From Chitinispirillaceae bacterium (GTDB taxonomy: Bacteria > Fibrobacterota > Chitinivibrionia > Chitinivibrionales > Chitinispirillaceae): a DNA stretch of 64,000 bases. A model generated the notes under the pieces. The model was given only the letters and a program-made list of their open reading frames with translations, was not told where the DNA came from and ran no database searches. The stretch is taken from the NCBI GenBank assembly GCA_046546375.1, contig JBKGXV010000007.1, positions 2,257-66,256 on the forward strand, written 5' to 3'. Shown here piece by piece: positions 36,943 to 45,174 of this stretch (position 1 is the stretch's first letter; every line of letters begins with the position of its first letter). The position numbers and the translations under genes are program-made.

Positions 36943-38048
36943 ATTACAGCCCGAAAACGGTTACCATTTACAGTGTAGGACTACTGGGAGGCTCCATAGG
37001 AGCAGCTCTGAAAAAAACCGGTTTTAAAGGAAAAATAATCGGCCTTTCTTCGGAAGCCAATCTGAATACGGCCAGAGAACTGAATCTCATTGACGAAGGT
37101 TACCCGTATCAGTCCTTGGCAGAGGTGATTAAGGAAACCGACCTTCTGATTCTCTGCTCACCGATTCTCACCATTCTGCGTACAATAGAAAATCTGGGTA
37201 AAATGGATTTGCCCGAACACCTGATAATATCTGATGTGGGCAGTACCAAAAAAGAAATCATGCAGGCTGCCCGGAAACACCTCCCCTCCTCTGTTCACTT
37301 CATAGGAGGACATCCGATGGCTGGAAGTGAAAAAAGCGGTCCATCAGCAAGTGATCCCTATCTCTTTGAGAATGCCATTTACGTTCTTACTCCCCCGGAG
37401 GGAAAACCGGACTCAAGAGATGAAGGGCTTTCGGAATTTCTGAAGCACCATCTCGGATGCAGACATTTTTTTCTCGATCCAGAGCTACATGACCGTATTG
37501 CAGCCGCAGTAAGCCATGTACCGCACATTCTTGCCAGCGCCCTTGTGCTTGCGGCCGGCAAACAGGAAAATGAGATTGAGGGGACACTTTCGCTTGCCGC
37601 CGGAGGGTTCAGAGATATGACCAGAATCGCTTCAGCGCCCTACAGCATGTGGCATGATATTCTCGTCACAAACAAAACTGCGATCACTCCCCTTCTGGAA
37701 TCTTTCATCGATACACTTTCAGAAATAAAAAGGGATCTCCTTGAGGACTCTCTGCAGGAGGCATTTGAAAAGGCAAGAGAGATACGAAAAACCATCCCTC
37801 TTTCGAGCAAGGGATTTATCGGCAGATTAAGCGAAATTCTCATAATGGCGGAAGATCAGCCGGGTTTCATATCTTCTGTGTCATCTCTTCTGGCCCGGAA
37901 AAATATCAACATAAAGGATATTGAGGTTCTGAAAGTGAGAGAAGGGGAGGGGGGGACCATCCGTATGGCCTTCGATTCTCCTGAAATCGCCCAAGAGGCT
38001 ATAGAAACTCTTAACAGTAATGGATATTCCGCCCGCGAAAGGAGCTGA
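36939..38048 (+). CDS. tyrA: prephenate dehydrogenase with C-terminal ACT domain
   Basis: Rossmann motif IYSVGLLGGSIGAAL and IGGHPMAGSEKSGP are present. The C-terminal ACT-like segment reads ILIMAEDQPGFISSVSSLLARKNINIKDIEV. Confidence 0.85.
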   Translation: MNYSPKTVTIYSVGLLGGSIGAALKKTGFKGKIIGLSSEANLNTARELNLIDEGYPYQSLAEVIKETDLLILCSPILTILRTIENLGKMDLPEHLIISDVGSTKKEIMQAARKHLPSSVHFIGGHPMAGSEKSGPSASDPYLFENAIYVLTPPEGKPDSRDEGLSEFLKHHLGCRHFFLDPELHDRIAAAVSHVPHILASALVLAAGKQENEIEGTLSLAAGGFRDMTRIASAPYSMWHDILVTNKTAITPLLESFIDTLSEIKRDLLEDSLQEAFEKAREIRKTIPLSSKGFIGRLSEILIMAEDQPGFISSVSSLLARKNINIKDIEVLKVREGEGGTIRMAFDSPEIAQEAIETLNSNGYSARERS

Positions 38049-38052
38049 CCAG

Positions 38053-39408
38053 ATGCTTAAGCTGCATCCTGTCAAAGCTATACAGGGAAAAGTCGAAGTT
38101 CCCGCCAATCCGGAACTTCTGTATTTGGCTGCACTGAGCGCCTGTGCTACCGGGCTGAATCTGCGAATTCCCGGAATAAAGAAAAGTGCAGTTCTGGAAG
38201 ATGTATGCAGATCACTTGAAAACCATGCCACAACCGAACTGAATGATTCGGTATTAGCCATTTCTCCTGTTAAGAGTGATGATCCGGCCCTTCTACTCAA
38301 ACTGCCCCGATCTCTTTCTGCGTACAGAACGATGTATCTTTTCATGGGGTTGGGAATGGGCAAAACAGTGGTTTCGCCCGATGCCTCACAAAAGCGCATC
38401 GAAGCCTGGAAGGAACAGGGAAAACATCTGGGAATAAAACTTGAGCAAGTGGGAATTGCCCAGTCGGTCGGATTGCGCCTTGAAGAATATACTGAGTCCT
38501 CTTTGGGAAACATAAACGAGGAAAACACCGCAGCACTCCTCTCTTTTCTTCTAGGCAGAAACGAAAGCCGCTCCTTCACGATCAGTTTTTTCCTCTCCAA
38601 TCCACTGCGGCACCTCTCGCAGGCTCTGGGATTACCGATCACGGTAAAATCAGCCTCTGCAGAAAAGAAAAACGATCCTCTGATGCAGCGGATCCGGTTT
38701 CTTCAGCAGAAAAAGAAAATCGCCACTACTCAGAATCAGAGCTTCACAGTGACTGTGGATTTCACCAGTCCGGAAAAAGACAGGAATGTTGATATCTCTT
38801 TACCTGGCGATGACATTCTCGCCTCCGCACTCGTGAGTGCCAAATGTCTGATTCCGAAAGGATCTCTGGTGATATCCAACGTCCCTTTGGAATCCTGGGC
38901 CTCGCAGTGTATGGGATTCATACGGAAAATGGGATGCAAACTGTCCATACAGGAAAACAGCCGTACCTCTTTCGGATCGGCTGGAATGGTGACTATACAG
39001 AAAACAGATTTGACAGGAAGAAAAGTGAGATGTTCACCTCTGTATCAGTTCACCGGACAGCTGCCATGCATGGCGGTCACCGCAGCGTTCGCAAAGGGAC
39101 AGTCAGTATTCAGAGAACTTGAGGAACTCAGACTGGATGAGCCGGACGGCATTGATCTTCTGGAACAATGTCTGCGTACACTGGGAGTTCGTCATGGCGA
39201 GATGCCGGACGGAATAGTCATGGAGGGTGCCAGAGATTTTGACGGATTCGATCTCAACGGGTCCCTTGAGGCCCATATAGCAGTTGCATTCAGTATTGCC
39301 GGATTGAAATGCATGGGTGAGACCACCATAAGTGATGAACACCTGTCGGCCCGGTGGCCAGAATTCGAAGAGTTGCTGAACAAAATTTGCGAATTCCGTT
39401 CACAATAA
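38053..39408 (+). CDS. EPSP synthase (AroA)-fold protein with degenerate active-site motifs
   Basis: End-to-end resemblance to AroA includes LPGDDILASALVSA against GDASSASYFLAAA, and AVAFSIAGL...SARWPEFEELL against DHRMAM...KTFPDYFEQL. However LPGSKS..R reads VPANPEL..Y, GNAGTA is absent, RVKETDR reads RLDEPDG and DHR reads EAH. ATG 38053 with an AGGAG RBS is preferred over the ORF-track start at 38020. Confidence 0.6.
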   Translation: MLKLHPVKAIQGKVEVPANPELLYLAALSACATGLNLRIPGIKKSAVLEDVCRSLENHATTELNDSVLAISPVKSDDPALLLKLPRSLSAYRTMYLFMGLGMGKTVVSPDASQKRIEAWKEQGKHLGIKLEQVGIAQSVGLRLEEYTESSLGNINEENTAALLSFLLGRNESRSFTISFFLSNPLRHLSQALGLPITVKSASAEKKNDPLMQRIRFLQQKKKIATTQNQSFTVTVDFTSPEKDRNVDISLPGDDILASALVSAKCLIPKGSLVISNVPLESWASQCMGFIRKMGCKLSIQENSRTSFGSAGMVTIQKTDLTGRKVRCSPLYQFTGQLPCMAVTAAFAKGQSVFRELEELRLDEPDGIDLLEQCLRTLGVRHGEMPDGIVMEGARDFDGFDLNGSLEAHIAVAFSIAGLKCMGETTISDEHLSARWPEFEELLNKICEFRSQ

Positions 39409-39421
39409 GCAAGGATAGGGT

Positions 39422-40321
39422 ATGAAACGGGTATCCTCTTTTGGCGTAGTTGCATTCAAGAAAAACAAAGAGACTAAAGAGGTATTACATCGTATTCAAA
39501 GATGGTCTCAGGCAAATGATATTACCGTGCACTTTCATCCCGATCTTTCCGGTCAACTTACCTCGGACAACTCAATTCTTGAGTCCAAAGAAGAACTTCT
39601 GGCGAAAAGTGATGCACTTGTCTCTGTAGGTGGAGACGGCACGTTTCTTTCAGTTGCTCACATGAGCCGCTTTTCAGGAAAGCCGGTGGTGGGTATAAAT
39701 CTGGGCGGACTGGGCTTTCTCACCGACATAGGTCCAGAAGAGCTGGAAGTGAGTCTCAACAAGATCTGCTCCGGTGAATATCACACAATAAGCAGAATGG
39801 TTCTTGAGGCCTGTATTGTACGGGACAGTGATCTTATTTGTCGATTTAATGCGCTCAATGATATATATATAAACCGAATCAACACCCCAAAACTGACCTC
39901 GATCTCAGCCTGGTGCGGTTCAGCTTTCATTACGGATTTCTTCGCAGACGGTATAATCGTGGCTACACCGAACGGTTCCACTGCGTATTCTCTTTCAGCC
40001 GGCGGCCCTATTGTGGAACCCACCGTTCAGGCTTTTCTTCTTACTCCCATTTGCCCTCACTCTCTTACCGAAAGGCCGATCATTCTGCCTTCGGACCGCA
40101 GCATTAAACTGATTATAAACGAAAAAAATCCCGATCTGCTGCTGAGTGCAGACGGGTTGGAATCGTTACGGTTGCGCAGCGGTGACGAAATTATCATCTC
40201 CTACGGTGGTGTCCGCACCAATCTCATTCAATTGGTGGAACGTTCCTACTTTTCTCTTCTCAGAAAGAAAATGGGCTGGGGACAGGGGTACAAAAAAAGG
40301 AGTGACCACAATGATACGTGA
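39422..40321 (+). CDS. nadK: NAD kinase
   Basis: VSVGGDGTFL, NGSTAYSLSAGGPIVEP. Confidence 0.9.
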   Translation: MKRVSSFGVVAFKKNKETKEVLHRIQRWSQANDITVHFHPDLSGQLTSDNSILESKEELLAKSDALVSVGGDGTFLSVAHMSRFSGKPVVGINLGGLGFLTDIGPEELEVSLNKICSGEYHTISRMVLEACIVRDSDLICRFNALNDIYINRINTPKLTSISAWCGSAFITDFFADGIIVATPNGSTAYSLSAGGPIVEPTVQAFLLTPICPHSLTERPIILPSDRSIKLIINEKNPDLLLSADGLESLRLRSGDEIIISYGGVRTNLIQLVERSYFSLLRKKMGWGQGYKKRSDHNDT

Positions 40322-41999
40322 CCTCCGCATTAAAAATCTCGCACTTATTGAAGATCTTACGCTGGAATTCCGGAATGGATTCACAGTTTTCACAGGTGAG
40401 ACGGGAGCAGGCAAGTCGATCCTCATAGGAGCGATCGGGCTGCTTTTGGGTGAAAGGGCCTCCTCGGAAATGATCCGCAGTGGAAAGGAGGAGGCTGAAG
40501 TAAGTGGAGTGATGGAGATAAGGTCATTCCGTTCCCGACTGGAAAACTTTCTTACAGAGTCGGGTATCGAAGCAGAGGACGGCTGCATTATCATACGCCG
40601 CAAACTCTCCAGAAACGGAAAAAACCGCGTACGTATCAATCAGATACCTGTTCCTCTTTCGACTCTTAGAAGATTGGGCGACATGCTCATTGATTTACAC
40701 GGTCAGCACCAGCATCAGTCCCTTCTGGATGAAACCACACACGTGCGGATTCTCAACACGCTTCCCGGAGTAAAGGAACCCGCGGATACTTACAATCAGA
40801 CATACCGCAATTATCTCAAAGCACAGGAACTGCTGAAAAGCGAACGGAAAAAAGCAAAAGAACTTGCTGACAAAAGGGACATTCTTGAGTTTCAGTTGAA
40901 GGAGCTCAAGACACTCAATGCACAGAAAGGTGAAGAGGAAGAGCTTGAAGAGGAACTGAACCTGCTGTCCTCCTCTGCAGAACGCATCGCCTGCGCAAAT
41001 GACATACTGGAAACAATGAACTCCGGTAACGGAGAAACACTGCAGAAAAAGCTTTCGCATATCAAAAGAAAACTTGAAGCTTTCAGCAAATACGATACAT
41101 CAATTCAGCCCTGGGTAAATGACATTGACGGTGTTATCTCGATCTGCTCGGAACTGGACCTGTTCTGCGCCACTTATCTTCAGCAAATAGGAACCAGCAG
41201 TAACCAGAACAGAATCGAGGAGATCAACTCAAGACTCGCTAAAATCCAGCGCTTGAAAAAGAAATATGTATGTGATCTTGATGAATTGATCCAGAGAAAA
41301 GAAAATATACAGAACGACCTTGATTCCATCAGCAATTCAGATGCTCAGCTGGACCTGCTGGAAAGTGAACAGAAAAAGGCCAGAGAAGCGTGTATGAGCG
41401 CAGCTCACAAACTCACACAAGCCAGAATAAAAGCAGCCGACGAGTTCGATGAGAAAATCTCCGGGCGCATGAATAGGCTCGGATTCAAAGATGGTCTGTG
41501 GAAAACCGACCTTCGGAAAACAAGTGAACCCGGTCGGGAGGGACTTGAAACTGTTCACTTCCTGGTTCGTACCAATCCCGGAGAACCGTTTCTTCCTCTG
41601 GCGAAAACGGCTTCGGGGGGCGAAATTTCCCGTCTTATGCTGGCAGTAAAATCCATTCTTGCTGAAAATGATGAAATACCAGTGTTGATTTTTGATGAAA
41701 TCGATACGGGTATAGGCGGAGTTTTGGCCGGAGAAGTATCAAAAGCGCTGTACGCCTTGAGCAACACTCATCAGGTTCTGTGCATCTCCCATCTACACCA
41801 GATTGCGTCTTCAGCAGACCATCACTACAAAGTAACCAAAAGTGTTTCAGGCGGCCGTACTGTCACCTTGGTTGAATCCCTTGATGATTCCCGGCGAGTT
41901 GACGAAATTGCACGCATGCTGGGTGGGGAATCCGATATCAGCCGAAAGCATGCGGAGGAATTTCTTAAGAAAAACCGTAACTACAAAGAGACGGTCTAG
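40311..41999 (+). CDS. recN: DNA repair protein RecN
   Basis: MIRDLRIKNLALIEDL, Walker A FTGETGAGKSI, SMC signature ASGGEISRLMLA and Walker B LIFDEIDTGIGG are present. ATG 40311 overlaps the nadK stop. The ORF-track start at 40146 lies inside nadK and was not used. Confidence 0.9.
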   Translation: MIRDLRIKNLALIEDLTLEFRNGFTVFTGETGAGKSILIGAIGLLLGERASSEMIRSGKEEAEVSGVMEIRSFRSRLENFLTESGIEAEDGCIIIRRKLSRNGKNRVRINQIPVPLSTLRRLGDMLIDLHGQHQHQSLLDETTHVRILNTLPGVKEPADTYNQTYRNYLKAQELLKSERKKAKELADKRDILEFQLKELKTLNAQKGEEEELEEELNLLSSSAERIACANDILETMNSGNGETLQKKLSHIKRKLEAFSKYDTSIQPWVNDIDGVISICSELDLFCATYLQQIGTSSNQNRIEEINSRLAKIQRLKKKYVCDLDELIQRKENIQNDLDSISNSDAQLDLLESEQKKAREACMSAAHKLTQARIKAADEFDEKISGRMNRLGFKDGLWKTDLRKTSEPGREGLETVHFLVRTNPGEPFLPLAKTASGGEISRLMLAVKSILAENDEIPVLIFDEIDTGIGGVLAGEVSKALYALSNTHQVLCISHLHQIASSADHHYKVTKSVSGGRTVTLVESLDDSRRVDEIARMLGGESDISRKHAEEFLKKNRNYKETV

Positions 42000-43828
42000 A
42001 GGCCCTGAGAATCGAGACTCCGAATGAATGCTTCCCTGTAGAAGAAATGCTTGGGATCGGTGATTTTGTAATTATATTTACCGAAAGAGATGTCATATCT
42101 TGACTGACTTCTGAGGCCGTAACCTATATGCACATGCGGTCCGCTGGTCCTTCCGGTCATGCCGATTGTTCCTATGGCCATTCCCTTAGTGATCTTATCA
42201 CCTGTTTTGACAAATCTTTTGTTAAGATGTGAAAAGAAGATGACCATTCCATCCTTTACCACACCTACAGTTCTTCCACCGGTGCTTTCTGTTTTAAGAA
42301 CGGCTTCTCCCTCGACCGGACTGATTACTTCTGTGCCGAGAGGCGCCGCGACATCCAAGCCATAGTGCGGCCGTCCACCGCCGGTACCTCTTTCACACCA
42401 ATCACCGGTTATGTAGGGATGATCACTTTTCACCAGACTCATGAAAAAATTGTAAACAGGTTTCAGCCTTTTTTCATTCGAATTCTCTATCTCCATTGGA
42501 GGATAAAATTTCACCGCAAGGCCATCGGGTATCTTGTGCACATTGGTGATTCTGGGCTCTCCTGAAACCCGTGTCAGATTATGAGCGGTGATGGTTTCAC
42601 GCAGATAGCCGTCAATTTCTCTGTAGCTTGGCACTTTGGCTTTGAAAATACTGATAGCGTGTTTTGCCAGTCTGTACATGCTTTCACCCCGGGAGAATTG
42701 ATGGCGAATGACATTGTCTTCTCTTTCAACCATCTGCTGAGGTGCAATCGGACGCGGAGGCGATATTTCGGGAACCGAAGGATTCAATTTGATCAGAGCA
42801 AGAATCACTACAGCTGCCAAAGCTTTTGCCAAATACCCAAGCCGTTCCTCTCTGATAACCGCAGCACTGTTGTCGTAGGTGATACTGTTGAGCACATACT
42901 GGACATTTCGAGCAAGCTGTTCGAACGCTTTCGATGCATTTGAATACCTGCGGAATTCCTGAACGGACTTGCCAATATCCTGAGCATTGCGTATCAGAGC
43001 CGACTCAGGTATTTCAAGATCAAAAATGATTGACTGAGGCAGAAGTGAACATCCCGAATCATTGTGCACCGCCACCTGTTCGCAGAGGGTTTCCAGAAAC
43101 CTCCTGTTTTCGAACATGGTCCTGGTTTTCCCGACCAGCTTTGAGTCCTGCTTACCGTACACTTCATTCTTGACGACTCTCAACCGGATCTGGGGGTTTT
43201 TGGACACCAGCTTTTTCACATTCAGCAGGTACTCTCTGAGACTCTTGGTTGAAAGGGCATTGAGAGTAACCGGTATGAGATTCAGATCACTGTTGAGGAA
43301 AAGAAGGCGGGTAAGCTTATTCCAGACAGAAGGAGTGTCAAGAATGATATACTTGTAGTACTCTCTTGCCACTCTGAGATTATAGAGAAGATTGTTATAG
43401 TGATATCCCCGAAGAGACCGGAAAAGTTCCGAACTGGCAGGAAGAACATCGAGGCAGGGTTTTACTTTTATGACAGTATCCTTGAGGGCCCCTTTTCCCA
43501 CGACTCCGGCAAAGAGGAAGGATTCGGCTGCTCGGGACCAGTTCCCGACCTTTCCGGAAGAGGCAGGCTGAACGAAAGCTGAAAACCGACGTCTGAAAAA
43601 TTCCCAGGACGAGTAGGTGGCTTGGGAAGCATCCACCCCCAGAGCAACACTGGCACTTCCCTGAACATCCAGATCAACGAGCAGCGTCGGTCCTTTCCTG
43701 CTAAGCGAAAACGCCAGGTTTGTCGCGACCGTGGATTTCCCCACACCGCCTTTGATATTGGCGACATGTATGATTCCACCCTTGTCTGTATCGGTGAAAA
43801 TCAGAGTTTTTTTCTGTTTTTCAGCCAT
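41996..43828 (-). CDS. fusion protein: ParA/MinD-type ATPase, hydrophobic segment, LysM/OapA-like linker and M23 metallopeptidase
   Basis: The deviant Walker A is IKGGVGKSTVATNLA, followed by YIILDTP (residues ~18-315). The hydrophobic segment is LAKALAAVVILALIKL (~331-348). The M23 motifs are HYGLD (~488) and GPHVHIGY (~565). Confidence 0.75.
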   Translation of the reverse strand: MAEKQKKTLIFTDTDKGGIIHVANIKGGVGKSTVATNLAFSLSRKGPTLLVDLDVQGSASVALGVDASQATYSSWEFFRRRFSAFVQPASSGKVGNWSRAAESFLFAGVVGKGALKDTVIKVKPCLDVLPASSELFRSLRGYHYNNLLYNLRVAREYYKYIILDTPSVWNKLTRLLFLNSDLNLIPVTLNALSTKSLREYLLNVKKLVSKNPQIRLRVVKNEVYGKQDSKLVGKTRTMFENRRFLETLCEQVAVHNDSGCSLLPQSIIFDLEIPESALIRNAQDIGKSVQEFRRYSNASKAFEQLARNVQYVLNSITYDNSAAVIREERLGYLAKALAAVVILALIKLNPSVPEISPPRPIAPQQMVEREDNVIRHQFSRGESMYRLAKHAISIFKAKVPSYREIDGYLRETITAHNLTRVSGEPRITNVHKIPDGLAVKFYPPMEIENSNEKRLKPVYNFFMSLVKSDHPYITGDWCERGTGGGRPHYGLDVAAPLGTEVISPVEGEAVLKTESTGGRTVGVVKDGMVIFFSHLNKRFVKTGDKITKGMAIGTIGMTGRTSGPHVHIGYGLRSQSRYDISFGKYNYKITDPKHFFYREAFIRSLDSQGL

Positions 43829-43842
43829 TCTGTATCACGTCT

Positions 43843-44184
43843 TTACAGTGCTCCAACCACGGAATCCACATCAGAGGGTTTGTACAGTACCTGGTCTCTG
43901 TCATGAGGTGTTCTGTTGTTAAGAGAGCTGAATGTTTCATCGGCATTGTAGAAAACAATAGGGGTGTTCTCAAGTTTCTGATTGATGCCGAAATATTCGT
44001 AAATCGAACGTCCTTTTTCCCATGTCTCGACATTCATAAGCAAGCTGTCAAACTGCGATGTGTTCAAAGAATCGAGAAAACAGTTCGATGTCGAACAATC
44101 CACTGCCTCAATGTTCTTCTTTTCCATCTCTTCCAACATCTGGGCAACTCTCTTATGCCCGTCGTCCAGTACCAAAACTTTCAT
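43843..44184 (-). CDS. single-domain response-regulator receiver-like protein lacking the phospho-acceptor Asp
   Basis: MKVLVLDDG keeps the acidic pair and YKP keeps the conserved Lys. LLMNVETW has Asn where CheY has Asp57. ATG 44184 follows a GGGGAG RBS. The gene ends 14 nt upstream of the ParA-M23 gene. Confidence 0.6.
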   Translation of the reverse strand: MKVLVLDDGHKRVAQMLEEMEKKNIEAVDCSTSNCFLDSLNTSQFDSLLMNVETWEKGRSIYEYFGINQKLENTPIVFYNADETFSSLNNRTPHDRDQVLYKPSDVDSVVGAL

Positions 44185-44292
44185 TTCACTCCCCTTATTA
44201 GATGCACTGTTTTTGAAAAACACAATTTAAAAGCAATTCAGCTCCGGATAAACACACGGAGCTGAAAATTCATTACGGATTAAAACTACAGT

Positions 44293-44976
44293 CTAACTGT
44301 CTGCCTTAGCAACATTCAATACAGCTATAAGGTTTTTCGCACGCTGATGATATGCAGTAGCAAGAGTATCGGAAATCAGTTCTTCACACATCTTTTCGGC
44401 CAATTCCACATTGCTTTCCTGATTGAGAAGAGCCAGTTTCCACCGAACAGCGGGATGGCGATACCTGAGTTTCTCATCGGCAAGCGCTTTGTTCAGATAA
44501 TCCATAGCCATGGAGACATCCCCCTTAGCCTCATACGCCGCAGCCAACCCCTCCAGTGCCTGAGCACCGACAAAACCGGCCATTTGACGATCCTGCACAG
44601 CCGTTTCAAACCAGTCTATGGCTTGATCAAAGTTCTGCTGCTGCATATAGATACTTCCTATCATGAATGCGCTCATTACGCCGTGAGGTGTCTTGCTGTA
44701 CTGATTGGCCACTTCGGTAAATGCTTTAAGTGCTTTATCCAGATCATTGGCATTATAGTCGATCATTGCAGTACCGAAAATTTCCTGAGCATTTCTGATG
44801 CTGGATTCTTTAGCATTGTAATAGAGTACTGCCCCCACGGCCACCACAATAACTGCTACAACGGAGATAATCACAGCAGTACTGTTTTTTGAGATATACT
44901 CTTTTGTTTTGATGATCCGTTCCAGTACTGGATCTTTGTTTATCTCCTGCTTTTTTTTATGCTGTTGAATATTCAA
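44293..44976 (-). CDS. membrane-anchored TPR protein (YfgM-like architecture)
   Basis: An N-terminal TM segment (AVIISVVAVIVVAVGAVLYY) is followed by TPR-like repeats. The likely start is TTG 44976 behind AAGGAGGAAATAGC. The ORF track extends to 45036. Confidence 0.6.
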   Translation of the reverse strand: MNIQQHKKKQEINKDPVLERIIKTKEYISKNSTAVIISVVAVIVVAVGAVLYYNAKESSIRNAQEIFGTAMIDYNANDLDKALKAFTEVANQYSKTPHGVMSAFMIGSIYMQQQNFDQAIDWFETAVQDRQMAGFVGAQALEGLAAAYEAKGDVSMAMDYLNKALADEKLRYRHPAVRWKLALLNQESNVELAEKMCEELISDTLATAYHQRAKNLIAVLNVAKADS

Positions 44977-45174
44977 GCTATTTCCTCCTTGGCATCCGCT
45001 CTGAATAATGGTAAGATCTCTGCAGAATCCTGTCAATACCTACGTATCGGAACGTAGAACATTGCAGACCGATTGTAATAAAATGGTTCTCATTGAGGGT
45101 AAAAGTCAAGTATACACCCCTTTGAAACCGTCTAAAAGGTTATATTTTTTTAAAATTCCTCGAGTATTCAGTTT

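Noticed and set aside
37881-38642. 253-aa - strand ORF spanning the tyrA / aroA-like junction.
   Set aside because: It is antisense to two motif-supported genes and is Ser/Arg/Pro/Cys-rich.
40146-40310. ORF-track N-terminal extension of recN (55 extra codons).
   Set aside because: The extension lies in an alternative frame of nadK. The canonical RecN N-terminus MIRDLRIKNLALIEDL starts at ATG 40311.
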